A stretch of DNA of 63,738 nucleotides, filler included, from Sluysia triapertura (lineage: Eukaryota): NCBI GenBank assembly GCA_046118255.1. It is 5 parts of 5 records of this genome, joined end to end, with 100 filler letters (N's around TTAATTAATTAA, not from the genome) between each part and the next. Parts side by side here need not be neighbours in the genome. Positions count along the whole stretch, not along the records: positions 39,484 to 50,865 come from JBJNIA010185346.1; positions 50,966 to 63,738 come from JBJNIA010083255.1; 3 more parts are not named here. The stretch is one strand, 5' to 3'. Below, piece by piece: positions 41,370 to 56,004 of the stretch (position 1 is its first letter; each line of letters starts with the position of its first letter). The notes below the pieces were generated by a model. It did no database searches. It was not told the origin of the DNA and was given only the letters and a program-made list of their open reading frames with translations. A program made the translations under genes and the position numbers.

Positions 41370-44300
41370 ATGGTTAAAATAAGTGTTCGTAATTTGCCAC
41401 ATTCAACAACTATACAAACTTTGAAAGATATTTTTAAAGAATACCCTGATATAATAGAATGTAAACTAGAAAACAATGTTGGATATGTGGTTAGTAATAT
41501 TGTATCTCTTTTGTAACCATAAATTTTCAGACTTTTGAAAGTGAAGAAAGTGGTATTCATGCAGTAAATAATTTAAATGGTTTTGAGTTTCGAGGTTTTG
41601 AATTAATTGTTGATCAAGTAAATTCCAGACAAAATGCAAGAGGGCGTTTTCAAAAACCACGAAATTTTCGACCACCAATGTCTCACCACTTTAGTGGAAT
41701 TAATCCAGTAAATAATCAATACGGACCTCGAGTACCTACGACTATGTATGGTCCTCCAATGAATCCAAATCCTTATAATATTCCTCAGTTAAATAACAAT
41801 TATGATTACGGTCATTCAAATTATGGTGACTTCACAAATGCTGGGAGTTATGGTGGTAATAATTTTCGGAAAAATGGTTATGAACCAGATTTTTCGGGTG
41901 AAGTTTTAAAATACATGATTAAATTGTATTTGACGTACATAATGTATGGCAATTTAATAAAATTCAAATTATGAATAGAAAAATTTTTTTAATTACATTT
42001 TATTTAAAATTTTAGTAGATTATGAAGAACGTGATTGGCACGAATCTGAAGATTTTTACAAAAATTCAATGATGAGTAACAGATTAGGAGATGTGGGTTA
42101 TCGGAGAAAACTTGATTATCACGGTATTAGTTCTGCACCAATAGACAGTTTTGGAAATAGTTATCCTCGATCAAATTCGAATTTTGAGTAGGTATATTTA
42201 ATATAGCTGTTTACTAGTATTAAAAACTTTAATGTATTAATATTAAAGTAATTCATTTTCTACGCATTTTTAATTCACTTTTCGTTGAAGTTCAAGTACT
42301 TAAAATAATAAATACACCAGAGGTTTTAGTATTAAAATGGCTAAATCTAAGCACAAATTGTGAAAGATTTCTAACGAATAGTGATATAATAGAATGTGAT
42401 TTTTAAACAATGTTGGATATGGGTTACTAATACACTGACTTTTTAACTTAATTGACTAAGCAGAAATTACAATCACTGATACTTAAGGAAAGTGTTGGTT
42501 TACTTTGAAAAAAGTATGAACAAATAAAAATTGTTTATTGGTGCACTTAAAAGGAATTATAAAATTAACAAGGTATTTCAAAAAAATACGTAAAAGGAAA
42601 TTCAAAAAGTTTAATAGCAGTTTTAATGCGATTTTATAAGTGGCTTTTAATTTAATTCAGAAGTCCGATGAGGCCTTTGCCAAACTGGTATGATGATCCT
42701 CCATACCGTGGAAGACCTTAGTAAGATTTTTAACTAAATATTAATTTTACTTTAGTTCGAGAAGAGGTTATAGAATGATGAGAGCTATACCAATTAAATC
42801 TTATATGTAAGTATTTATTTATAACAATCCAATGTTTATAGTTGCTGAATTTTCATTTTTATTAAAGAATTAATTTTTTTAAAAATATTTTGGTGATGTA
42901 AAGAATTATTTTGTTACACAGTAATTAAATTTATACATTAACCTAAAATTCGCTTATAAATTTTTATTTATATAAGGTTTATGGTAATATCAAAATATTT
43001 AAGGAAAAAGATGACGATCAATGGAATGGTAGTATGGCAATAATATAAGTTAAAATTTAAATGGAATTTTTATTGAAATTTTTAGTTTATTAAAATGCAT
43101 AACTGTGTAAATTATGTTTTGAAATTAAATGTAATAAATTTTATTCATATAATTTTTCATTCAAAAATTGCCTTTTTTCGTGTAGCTGTAAATAGTGAAA
43201 ATGCAAAATTTAAGATATTGAATAATTTTGTTTTTAAATTTTTATCGGCAATGCCATGTAATTAAGCACAAAAATAAAATGCATGATTAATCTACTGTAT
43301 AAAGCATACAAGTTATCTTGATCTATTTGAAATAAAATGTGGATGAGATTGTTATTTCATTAGATGTGAATTAAGTTTGGTCGTAAATAATCTGTGTCTA
43401 AAGTGAGAATTAAATTTCACAAAGGAGTTAAACTGAAGAATGTCGATTTAAATTTATAATGTCATGAGTATAATCGAAATGTAGTGAATAATCCTGCTCA
43501 CGTAAAGTAATAAATGTACTTATCTCGTTTCACAAGATATTTTCAAAATGTAGAAAATGAGCACTTTGTGATTACAAAAAATTAAAAATTGCCTTAGGCT
43601 TAATGTGTCTAACAATTATTTAGCACTTTATACTGTAGTATTTTTGTATTTAAGCAACATATCAATTAGCTATTTCGCAATGTAAATGAAATTCGATAAC
43701 TTTATTTTGATGCAAACAAAAATAATATTTGCTTTTCGAGCTACCTTATTAAACAGACAAGGCATTAAACTTGACCTATTTTTAAAAATTAAATGATTTT
43801 TGACTTAATATATTTTAGTCAATTTTAGCTACTTCCATATTACATAGACCGCTTGATATTTTGATTTAATTCAGAGCTAATTTTTCAAACTTTAAATTCA
43901 TTTTCACTTATGCTAAATGATTAAATTAAAAAAAACTCGTTTAATAGTGTGTTTATATCCGATATGATATATAATTTATATGGATAGTCCTTTTAATCCG
44001 GAATCAGAATAAACTTATGGAATTTATTTAAGTAACATTCATCAATCATGCAAAACAAAAATTAAACTTATTTAATGCATTGTTTTAACATAAAATGTTG
44101 TTTTGAACGTTTCTTACAAACATCAGCCAGGCATGCTGTTTCCTTTCGCTCTTAGTCGTAACACTTTCATCCCAAAAATTCTTTCTCCATTTTTGATATC
44201 ATAAGCAAAAGTAAGTCAATCATTTTTAAAATATATTTAAAGTATCCAAATTGCTTCCGAATGACACTTAAGATAAAAAATGACGTATTAAAAAGAATGC

Positions 44301-44837
44301 ATGAATACAATATTCATAATGGATCATATTAGGTTAAAGTTGAAATAAGTAAATTCTATGAAATCATATGCCCATTTTCATTTCGAATCAGACTTAAAGG
44401 TGTCGTAGTAGCGATAAAAATAAACTATATAAGGTAAAAATTTGTTTCAAGCAATACTCACAAGTTATTAATTAATCGTTTTTCTGTGGGCGACTGACCT
44501 TGCAAATTGTAACCCTTTTTATAACAGTTATTTGTTATAGTTGTTTTTATTTAATAAAGTATGTTTGAAGACAACTTGTGATATTTTATAAGAAAAGTAT
44601 CTATATTTTTTAAATATATAAACTTAAGTTTAACATAGTTTCATTTAGATTACCAAAATAATTTTAAAAAGCTTAGATTTTTATTTTATGAATTATATGA
44701 CTTGAAGAATATTCGGTTTTAAATATTTAAATACTGTTTAATATTGAAAATTTAATTTCAGCGATGAATACGATGATGATACTGATTATTCCAAGATCGA
44801 TCCGTATCCAACTTATTTAAAACAGTATCGACGTTAA
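41370..44837 (+). CDS. RRM-domain RNA-binding protein (RBM4/lark-like RRM) with Y/G/N/P-rich tail
   Basis: Exons 41370-41489, 41531-41897, 42016-42187, 42661-42720, 42756-42806 and a probable last exon 44762-44837, all phase-consistent. MVKISVRNLP...IIECKLENNVGYVTFESEESGIHAVNNLNGFEFRGFELIVD. 3' structure less certain. Confidence 0.75.
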
Positions 44838-45949
44838 ATCCGGTCATTATACATCTCATGTACAACCAATATCAAAAATATATTACATAACTAATATCAG
44901 TTTTTTTAATCACTTACAATTTTAGATTTAACAGAAATTGTTTGGATTTATTGTGGGTTTTATTTTAATAGTATAAATTCTCAATTCGCAATACAATTTT
45001 CTGTCGAATCTAAATTATATAATTATTTAATAGTTGTTGTTTACTTTGAATTATGAGTTTAATCGTCATAATCGTGTTAGTTTAATTAACCATTATTAAA
45101 TTTGATAATCAAATCGTATAATAATCATTTGTTACACTTATTTTGTAAAAATATTGCTTATTTTAAGTTACAAGTGGTATAATTTAAAATACATTATACA
45201 TTAAATAGTTTGATATTTAACACGTACCTTATTTGACGGTTATGGAATGTTTTAATATGGTTTATGAATATATCATAATAAAATAACAGCTTATGCGAAT
45301 TTTAAGTAGCTAAAATTAACTGGATTTTATTTCAATCTTTTGCCCAATAATAAATTTTATTATATATTCGATACGAATATTTGTGCATAATAATGATTTT
45401 ATTGAGTTTATAGATTCAAAGATTTTTAAAGTTGAATCTATTTTTCATTTTAAACGTGTCAAAATAAATCACAATGATAATATAAATAGTTTTATTTAGT
45501 GTTAAAATGTAAATTGCTTGTGTGGATAACAAGTATCTTTGTGATCTGAGAATGGGAATTTGTAGATGTAAGTAAAATAAAGAGTTAATTTTTGCTATTT
45601 TTTCGAGTAATTTAAAGTTTGATATTTGAACTTAATAATTAATGACGATAAAATATATTTTTATTTAACTGTAAATATTATGAAAACAATTAAATCTTTG
45701 TATTACTTTGTTAAGTGTTTATTTGAAGTAAAGTTGAATAGTTTTGTTCCTTGTATGATTCTCATTTGTTGTAATATATTTTATATGGCGTTGCGAATGT
45801 GAAATATACTCCAGAGTAGATTTTAAATTTAGTATTATGGTTTATGTAAAATTTACAAGAAATTTAATTATGGTCAATTATTTTGAATTGTACTTAAAAG
45901 TCGAATTGAGATAGTTCATTATTGGCTTACTGATTTAACTTCTTAAGAA

Positions 45950-46850
45950 GTTCACTAGAGGATATTGTCGCACCAAATAAGGAACGGTTTTGAGGCCCAT
46001 ATCTTAAATAGGATTGACGGTAAAGTTAATGTTAATGTGGAAGAACGCGTGAAATACATGGTTCAATGAAAGTAAAATTATTGTCATTAGTAATATCACG
46101 CTTTGAAGTGTATGGATTAAAAATTGTATTTAAGTTGACGAAAATTTGTTCCTTGTTAAGGGTGTTCAAATTTTTCTTGGAATTGCAAGTACTATAGAAT
46201 ATTTGTTAAAGAATTTGTTAATATAGCTCAACCATTACGTTTACTAACTAAATAAAATCTAGGATTGAATGGCCAGAAGTAAAGAGTTGCGATCATTCAT
46301 TTAAAGGACAATTTACTAACGTGGCAAACATAATTAAGCCTAAACATACATAAGTGAACCTTTCATTTTAAATAAAGATGCAAGAAATCACTCCAATGAA
46401 ATGATTTTGGAACAAAAGAAATACTAATTTGGAAGATATCCTAGTACATGTAAGTTATTACTTAAAAAGTCTGAAGTGAATTCTACAATCAACAGAAAAT
46501 GTCTTGTGATAGTTTAGGTATGTAAATTATTCAGGTATTTGTTTTAGATTGTTTACAAAATTTGACTTAGAAGTCATTGAAAAAACAGATGATTTGCGCA
46601 ACAGTATGTCAAGATTAACTGATATCGATGAAAAATGAAGTGCAAATTGTGAGATCTGAAGCAAAATAGAAGATATTAAGGAAATGATTAAGCATCAAAA
46701 AGATGAAAATATTTCTTTTATCATTGATGCTATTGCAAAATGTATATTAAATGAAAATGAAGCTGAAAAATTAGTTATAACTGATGAGGTACTACGATTT
46801 AAAAACTCAAAATATAAATGAAGTATAATTACACCTGACGATTCAATTTC
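45950..46850 (+). mobile_element. Gypsy pol remnant (RT thumb/RNase H region)
   Basis: VKGVQIFLGIA.YYR.FVKEFVNIAQPL..LT...W...F.L..DA across frameshifts. Confidence 0.7.
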
Positions 46851-46904
46851 ATGACTTAACATAACCAGATAGAAATAAATTTGATGCATTAATAATTAAC
46901 GTAA

Positions 46905-47165
46905 AGAAGTAGAAAAATAAGTGGCGAGGGTGAAAGCATCTAGAATCCTTTGAGTGCCTTCCGAAGTACCAATCAACTTTAAAATCTTAATAAAACCTTC
47001 AAACATAATATTAAATATAAAAATAGATTAATTAAATTAATTAAGAAAAAAGTACGTCATTATAAATGATGTTTGAATGCGGAATATTATGTCAAGTTGT
47101 AACTGTACGTATTTGTTTTATAAAGCTTTTTCAATGAACATATGGTTTAACCGAGATTGTGTATA
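46905..47165 (-). mobile_element. Penelope-like GIY-YIG remnant, second copy
   Basis: LG*TICSLKK...SAFKHH...KILKLIGTSEGTQRILDAF; homologous to 39055-39340. Confidence 0.55.
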
Positions 47166-50100
47166 AAAGTTAAATTTTAAATTTTAGAAAGTTGAGTTTT
47201 TCATCTTTAAAAAATGAAAAAATAATGAATTGAATATAAGATGATTTCTATGAAGGAGGGAATTGAAAAATGAATTTGAAATATCTGTAGAATTATCTGT
47301 TTGACAACATGACATTAAACAGTTGGGTGTGAAAAACTTAAAATTAGTTAAATTCTAAAAACCAAAATTAAATCCACTATTTTATATGATGACAATAATC
47401 ATGATTGATATTTTAATGTGAGAATTAATTTAAGCAAAAATAGATCGGGTACGGTACAAGAAAAGAATGATTGATCATTAATCTAATTTTTATCTTTTGT
47501 ATCAAATAAAGTATGACAAGTCTTACCATGTTATTGTCAATCTGAGGTCCAAATGATTTGTATAGATAATGTATGATTGTAACAATTTACAGCACAATAA
47601 TTTGTATTGCCAATGAGAACAATTCCATTTTACGGATAATATTTTTATTATAAGGTAATAAATTTAATATTTTAGGTAATCCCCGTTTATTTTTACATTA
47701 ATTTAATAGTTTTTTGGAAACCTAATTTGATTTCGTGTTATAATTTTACAAATAATTTTTTGGGAGTTCTTCCATTAATTATATTTTTAGAAGAATTGAA
47801 TTTTAAACCATTTTGGGAAATTTCATTTTTATTATCTGGTATTTCTAAATTTTTCGTTGCATCACCTTTAGTTTATCAAGTGATTTGTCGTGTTGCTTGT
47901 TTAATCCAAAGACTACTTCAACTAATTTATATATTATTAAGATTTAGGTTATATAAAAATATTTGGTTAGAGCTTATTTTGGTCATTTTGAATCAAAATG
48001 ACTTACAAATGAAACCATCTATTAGATTTGGATCTAAAATTTAATTAATAATAAGAAATAAAATTAATAACAAAAATTAATTCATAATAAAATTTATGAA
48101 CTTAGGTCGTATTAATAAAAAAATATTAACAGAGTTAATAATTAAAAATGAGTAATAATAATAAAAATAAATAAAATTATAAAATTTATAATAATAGTTA
48201 ATAGTAATAATGATAAGAGTTAATGGATAAATGGCGTACGAAAAGAAACCAAGTAATGAGATATTGTCGTCTATGTACATTTGTTACTTAATGTAATTAA
48301 CTTAATTAAAATATGTTCTGCAAAATAACTTTGTTCTGAAGTGATATTTTTAGAAAGTGTAGTAAAATATTAGTAGAAAGAGGAAATCTTGTGATTTAAA
48401 TTAATGGAGATAAATAAGAAAATATTGTTTTAATTAATTTTAAACCGGAAACCTACATAGAATAAATCCTTTTAGAGGAGCGAGTGCGAATCTGATATTT
48501 ATATAATAAAGAAAAGTTGTGTTGACATTACATATTGAAAATGATTTTCATATGTTAAAATTGTTAAAATAAAAGAAAATCATCAAAAGTTAAGTTGATG
48601 ATTATGTCGAGAAATATAATCTTTCAAAAATGTTATTTCAAAGCAATATGTGTTTATTTAAACGATAAATGAATATGTTACAATCATTGTTAGAAGATTA
48701 AGAACTTGATAAGACTTGTCAGATCTCATGTTATTTGGCTTAACTAAGCATCTGTTTTATTAGTTAATTATAGATTACAGGTATTAATGCGATTGAAACG
48801 TTACTATTAAGCTAGCAAGTTAGCTACTAATTTCACAATAGAATTATTGGAATCGTGAAAGGAAACTAATATTTTGTTTAACATCATTCAGCGGAAAGCT
48901 GTGTGTTAGATTCGAGTTACATTATTGGAGCATAGCAGTTTTTATTTCGTTTTAAATTGATTAATCTAATTTAATTTTTTTGCGTCACCATTGATTGATT
49001 TCTAATGTAATTTTTATGTTATTAATGCTCTATTATAAAGTTAATTCTTAACATTTTTGGTACATTAATTTGAGATATTTAACTTTTATTAGTAACAATT
49101 AATAAATTACATTAATTTTGATAAAGAATATAATTAAAGCTAAATCTAATTTTTGATTTTCTGAATTTATAGTTATTAAAGATTTAATTTAAATTATTTA
49201 AGATGTTCGATTTGTAAAAATCAAGAGTGATTAGATATGAGAAACGAAAAAATGAATAGTTGTAGATTTTTTTAGCAAAAAAATGATATATGCCTAAGAT
49301 GTACATTATTAAGTTAACACCTTTTACTTTATTTAGGTGTTAAATTTCAATTATTATCTAGTGCTTATTAAATTTTAGGAAGGGAAGAGAAGTCATTTTG
49401 GAAATTAGTTTTTGGGTTCCATCTGTACAGGATTTGTGAGGTCGTTTTTTGTCTAAATAAAATTCATTGTGTTTAAACTGATTTTATTTTATTGTTTTGT
49501 TCGTCAGTAATTTTTCATAGATAATTTTTATTCAATTAAATCAATATTATTGTTTATTTTTTGCTAGTATTAGGTTGAAAATTAAATAAATAATAAAAAT
49601 TAATTAAATTTGGGAATTAAATTTTATTAATTTATTAAAAATAATTATAAAATCTATGGAAATTAACACTAAAAATTATTAATAAAATAAGTAATTGGAA
49701 ATTAATAATATAAATGATTATAAAAATAAATCAAATTTATAGCAATACAAATATGAAAATGATGATAAATGGATAAACCGCGCACGATAAGAAATGATAA
49801 TATATTGAATAGATTGTGAAAACCTTAAAATATATTTTAAGGTATATAATTGATAAAAGTGCATTTGATAATTAAATTAATTAGAATGCATTATGTAAAA
49901 TAACTTAAAGTTGAAGAAATATTTTTGAAAAGTTGTACATTGAATGAAAGGTATTTTAGCATATTAATAGTGTAGTAATGCTAATATTAAAACTAAGGGT
50001 AATCCATGCCTCTATGTTATAATGTTACGTCTTTAATGGTTTTAAATCTTTTTAGTCTATATGCCTTAAATTCCAAACATAAATCAGAAAAAAATTAACA

Positions 50101-50865
50101 CTTAATTATATTCAGTACATATTTGAACAATTAAAATAAACAAATTCAATGTATCTTGCAATTAACAATAAATCTTAATAATAATCCAATATTCAGATCA
50201 GTTCAAATATTTGTTATCAATAAAATTAACACCAGGTAATTAACAACTGCTTTTATAATAATGTTAACAACACAAAAATCGAATTATTCTTTCAAACTAA
50301 AAATTTCCAAAAAACAACTTCAAATTTTATAAATTAATAAAAAAAGGACTTCCTAAATAAAAATGGTAAACTTTTATAAGTAAATGAAGATGAACTACCC
50401 GAATAATATTGTAAATTTCGTTATGATTTAAAAATTAATAATAAACAATTTCATCAGCTAAATTAGTCTGCAAACTCAATGTATTTTTCAATATAATAGA
50501 AAACAAAATACAATTTACTAATTTTTATAAATAAAGAGGGAGCTTCCAAAAAACTACTCTATTCAACATCAATAAAATTTAAATAAATTAAAATAATTAA
50601 AAAAGATTAAAATTTTATCCGATGGACGGATCTTGTACTGTAAAATTTTTAAGTATTCCTTTATTGGGATGCAGGAATTGTGGATGGCGTTATGTTATTA
50701 TTAACTTTATTTATAATATTAAATTCATTATTAAAATTGTTATCGTCATCCACATTGGTGAAATTATTAAATGGGTGTTTAATGTACGTGCTGGTGTTTT
50801 TCTTACACTTAAGCAAATTACCTGAAGAGTCGGTTCGCCTAATATATACGCTTTACACCAAAGTT

Positions 50866-50965
50866 NNNNNNNNNNNNNNNNNNNNNNNNNNNNNNNNNNN
50901 NNNNNNNNNTTAATTAATTAANNNNNNNNNNNNNNNNNNNNNNNNNNNNNNNNNNNNNNNNNNNN
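50866..50965. other. Artificial contig spacer
   Basis: N44-TTAATTAATTAA-N44. Confidence 0.97.

Positions 50966-51036
<71 letters not shown>
50966..51036 (+). repeat. (ATT)n microsatellite at contig start
   Basis: Directly visible. Confidence 0.95.
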
Positions 51037-53009
51037 CACTACTTTTCGTATTCTCATTATTACAGAATAACTGTGTATTTATTTTGTTACTGTACCGAGC
51101 ATTTTAAACATATGCCTATTTTGCACATCATCTATATTACCAGATGATTCAGAGTTAATCAAAATTAAACCAAATTATTAATACATTTAGGACGGTATGT
51201 AATGAAAAGCATATTAGCCTGAAATCCCTCATATTTTGTTGAAATTGTATATATTAAAATTATATAAATTACGCGATGTTGCTTGAAATTCAAAATAACG
51301 TCATCCGTCCTCAATGTGTTAAAATATTAAATATAAATATAACCAAACCACTCTTGATCTTTAAAGAAAAAAAGTATACCAAAAACATTTATAATTAGAT
51401 TTGTAATAAGTTTATGATTTTCAAAACTAGATTAATTCGATAAATTAAGTCAATAAAAAATTTTAATAAAAATAATTTAGTTTTACAAAGCTTGTTACTA
51501 CTTAAATTTTTAGGACTAATTCGATTTTTACAATTGTAATATAGGAATAGAAAAATACCAATTTAGACAACTTGATGTAACTGGTATAAAAACTTTCCAA
51601 TTGAAACTTTACATTTTTTTTCAAATAATCAATTGTAATTTTGAATAATTTTTTTATTCAATAATTTTATTATAATAAATTCTTTTCGGATTTTATGCAC
51701 AAATATGAACATTTCAATATTAATTATTAGGTATATTTTTCAGAAAAATGTTAAGATAGGTTTAACCTATTCATACGTATTTGTAGCAATTTAACAGATC
51801 ATATGCGGTCGAACGTAATATTCAAAGTAAGAAAGTTTCAATTAGATTTATAATAGCTAAAAATCGTTATGCAATAAAATTTATATCGATTATTACAATA
51901 AACCTACAAAACTTTAAAGTTAACTTATGCTTATAATTAATAATAACTCTTATTCGCTTTTTAAATTAATTGTAAATAAATGAAAAATTGATAACTAAGT
52001 TATTTTTAGTTTTCTATTTAAACTTTTAATCAGTGACTTAATTATCACAAACTTAAGGCAATAATAGGTTATTTTTAAACTTCAGTGTAAGTTATCTTTA
52101 TTTGTGAAATCGTGTATCTAAATCTGATGTTAAAGATGGAATTACAAATAAAATTTTCAAATTTTCTTTCAAAGTCTCAATAAAATAAACGACTAATTAT
52201 AATCTATTCCAAAGTTTTACTACAATTATAAAACACAATAAATTTTAAAACCACAACCAATGCTTACTAAAATTATATTTTATTCTACAGAATATTCTAC
52301 TTATTCTGTTTTACGATCTTCAAACAGTGATCCACCTAAATTACATTTATCGCCGAAATGTTTATCATTATAAGAACAATCTGGTTCTGTTCCATTTAAA
52401 TTTATTATCAAAAATTAATCTAAGAACCATAAGAATTTTTCCTTGTGTTCTGCAGTGCAAAATTTCTCTTTATATAAAAATTTCTTTAACAATATTTTTC
52501 TCTTAAGCCAATTTTATTTTACAATCAAATATACATTTATAATCTTATTCTATATATTCTTGCGGTTATATGGCCAATTTCTTGAGCAATTTATTTTATT
52601 TAAGCACTTATTCTTTATTATACTTTACAGTTCTACGAACGCAATTTCATATTCATATGCTGTCTTTTCAGAAACAACACTATATTTAATGGAAACTTAA
52701 AGTGAAATAAAGGTAGCCTATTTGTGCAGTAAAAGGAAATTAATAGCCAATAAACTAGGCAATACTTATGATTAATACAATTTGCAACAATTAATTACTA
52801 AATTAATGTTTGTGAAATGATAAATTACAATTAAAAAATATATTCGATGATAAAGTTGAAATTTGTAGTTAATAATATTACCAACTTTAAGCGCTTATAA
52901 TTTGATATTGACTTAATATTTACCGTTCTGTTTTTTGTTGGAAAAAAAATCATTGTAAGCTCTAAAATAATAAAAGCATAAAATAAAAAGCGTTATTACT
53001 CACAAATGA

Positions 53010-53760
53010 GCCACGCCGTCGCCATTGAGTCTGAACTATCTCAGAGTGTTGGGAATTATCGTTGAAGTTTGCTGTTAGCGAAGAAACCACCTAGCTCAAA
53101 TCGGTAAAGTTAAAAAGGTTGAATAAGTTCCAAATGAACTGAATAAAAAACAGAAAAAGCTCTTAGAAGCTTGTTGTTGCTTTTAAGTCACAAATGTCAT
53201 CCATTTTGATTTGAATTGTCGCTTGCGATGAGAAATGAGTCCACAAAGATCATCGCAAATTTTCAGCACAGTGGTTGATAAGAATGAATAACCAAAACAC
53301 GCCAAAGCCAATATGCATTAAAAGAAGCTGATGGTGAGTTTGGTAATCTAGCGTAGATGTGATCTATTGATTTCGTGAAACCTACCTCATCAATCACAGC
53401 AAAAATATACTGCAACAAATTGGACGAAATGATGGAAAATCTTGATAGACTAGCAAAACTCTACGAAAAAGGAGTTAGAATTTTTTATCTTCCCTACTCA
53501 CCATACCCTAGGCCCTTTTCTCCAGCAATTTGGCCAACTTCTTAATAGAAAAAGAATTTATTTCTGAAAATGCCGCAAAACTGGCATTCCAGAAATTCAT
53601 TGACTCTCGTCCACCAAGGTTTTATACCACTGCTGCTTAAATGACAAGTGTATAGACAATATGGGTGCATAATTTGTTCAATAAAACAATTATTTATATT
53701 TGTCTTTTTTCTACCAATTTGATCCTTGACACCTGACAAATATATTATTCAATACTAATA
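53010..53760 (+). mobile_element. Degenerate mariner transposon
   Basis: HLAQIGKVKK..VPNEL (cf. WVPHEL), IVACDEK(W), KLMVS.W, ITAKIYCNKLDEM, PYSP (cf. YSPDL), AFQKFIDSRPP, then a TIR-like end finishing in ...ACTAATA. Confidence 0.85.
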
Positions 53761-54421
53761 CGATAAATAAAATATGAGTGTAAGTGTACAACAACTTGGT
53801 ACCAACAGATTCTTTAACTTAAAAATAATTAATTAGAAATGAATTTTGACAACTTTTTTAAAAATATCTATAAATAAATATTAATAAAAGCACATAATTA
53901 ATAAGATAATTTTTTATTTGAGATAAAATTTGACTGATTCCGATCAAGGAATATCATGCAATTGGGCGTGGTGACATTTTAATAAATTGGTCATTATTTT
54001 AATATAAATTATTTGTGAAAGTAATTAAGCAAAAATGGCAAACGGTAGATCAAATAAATTGATGTGATAAAATACATTTAAGCTTGAAATTTGCATAAAG
54101 TTTAGTATTTAAACATGAAACCGTAAAACTTTCTATTTGATTAATTAACATAGAAAAGTAAAATTCACACAAAAAATTTAAGTCTAAAAAACACTTAGTC
54201 AGAAATCAATTACTAAAAATCAATTTTAATTTTAGTTGATCGAAACATTCTTTAAATAATTTTTAAAAGTGGGGTTCTTTATATGTTACACTCAAGTACT
54301 TCTTTGACTATCCAAATATTATAAAAATTTCCATCATAAAAACATACATTATAAATAAGTGGATTAATCTTATAAATATTTTGCAATATTCAATAAAAAT
54401 TTAAATAATAAAAGCACAAAC

Positions 54422-55940
54422 CTCATATGGTGATTCAACATCTTTTAATAATTCAACTAATGTAGTGATATCAACATTTTTAAAAGCTGGTTTATTTTCT
54501 AAATAACTTTTACACCAATTTATCAAATTTTCAAATTCTTTGTCGCAATATTCTTCCTGTTGATGTACTTGCTAAATAAATAATAATTTATTAACATAGA
54601 TTAATCCAAAACAATTTCGAATATTGTATTTTTAAAAATATTTATTTCAAGTAAATTAAAATTGTATAAATTTGCATTTTACGTGAATAACATTTTAATT
54701 ACATTCTTTATAACTAATTAAATGTTTATCTAAATCATACCAGTTATGTCAACGGCACTTAATATATTTATTATTTCATATTGAGTTATTTGTCAAAGGG
54801 GTTTAAAAATTTTTATGGTTATGCTTTTCTTATTTTCTTATTCTTTTCTTATACACTTTAAGAAATAAATTTTGCAATATATTTTAACAAATGATTAGTG
54901 TACTTACCTTCACTTTAATTACCGGTTTGGATATATTTGATTTTACATATCAACGGCTAGTTTTGATAATGTTCACACTTTTGATATTTGTTCTAAATTC
55001 ATCATTCATATTTCAACTATAATGGGTTTTAATACTATTAATACTATAAATTATAACTTTATAATTATAATTTTTGCAGCATTGCTTATATTCTCATAAT
55101 TTGTGGCAAAAATCATTGAAGTGGGACATTTTAATTTAGTTTATTTTTATTTTATCTTTTATAATTTATCTTTTGAATATTCTATTTAATTTAATATTTT
55201 TAATCCTAGTTCGAAGATTTTAAATCTTTCGTCATTTTCTTCAAAATGCCCAAATTATTTAAAGCATCTAAAATAATGGATTATTGGAAATATTTTTCAT
55301 GGAATCATTGATTTGCTTTTTTCGGATGATCTTGGTTTACTTTTTTTATATTTTTGCAATAATTACTAAGAATCAAAAGTGATAATTATGATAAATGCAC
55401 GACTGTGATATGTAATATCTTCGAACCTATCTTTTGGATTTTTTTGTTTCACCAATCATATTTGTTAATACTTGAGAATTACAATTATAAAAAGATGCAA
55501 TAACTAAATTAGCATATCAATAATATAAAACAATTTAATTTACGTTGTTTAAATTCAGTGATATATACCACCACGAAAATTACATTAATATAAATATATA
55601 CAATATTCACAAATTAAAAAATACTTCTCTTATGAAATAAAAAGTTTGGTTTAAATGACCAAATAAAAAGTTAAATTATTGAATATATTTTAGAAACTTT
55701 TATTATCTCTAGAATAAAATATTTGGAAACCAAGATAAATATTTCGTTGAGACATAATAATCTGTACAGAATCCACAGTGATAATAAGCTAGGTTTCAAA
55801 TCACTGAAAGATATGAAATATTTAAGAAAAAGGCAGAGTTCTTTCTGTTTCAGAAATATTATGAATGATTTATTGTAAGCGCTTTTGAGAACTTTTATAG
55901 AAGATATGAGCGTAATATAAATTAATTTATTATTATCATA

Positions 55941-56004
<64 letters not shown>

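Noticed and set aside
54908-54993. Extra GIGYF exon with a strong GTAAGT donor
   Set aside because: Stop codons in the compatible frames; the flanking exons already join in phase 0.
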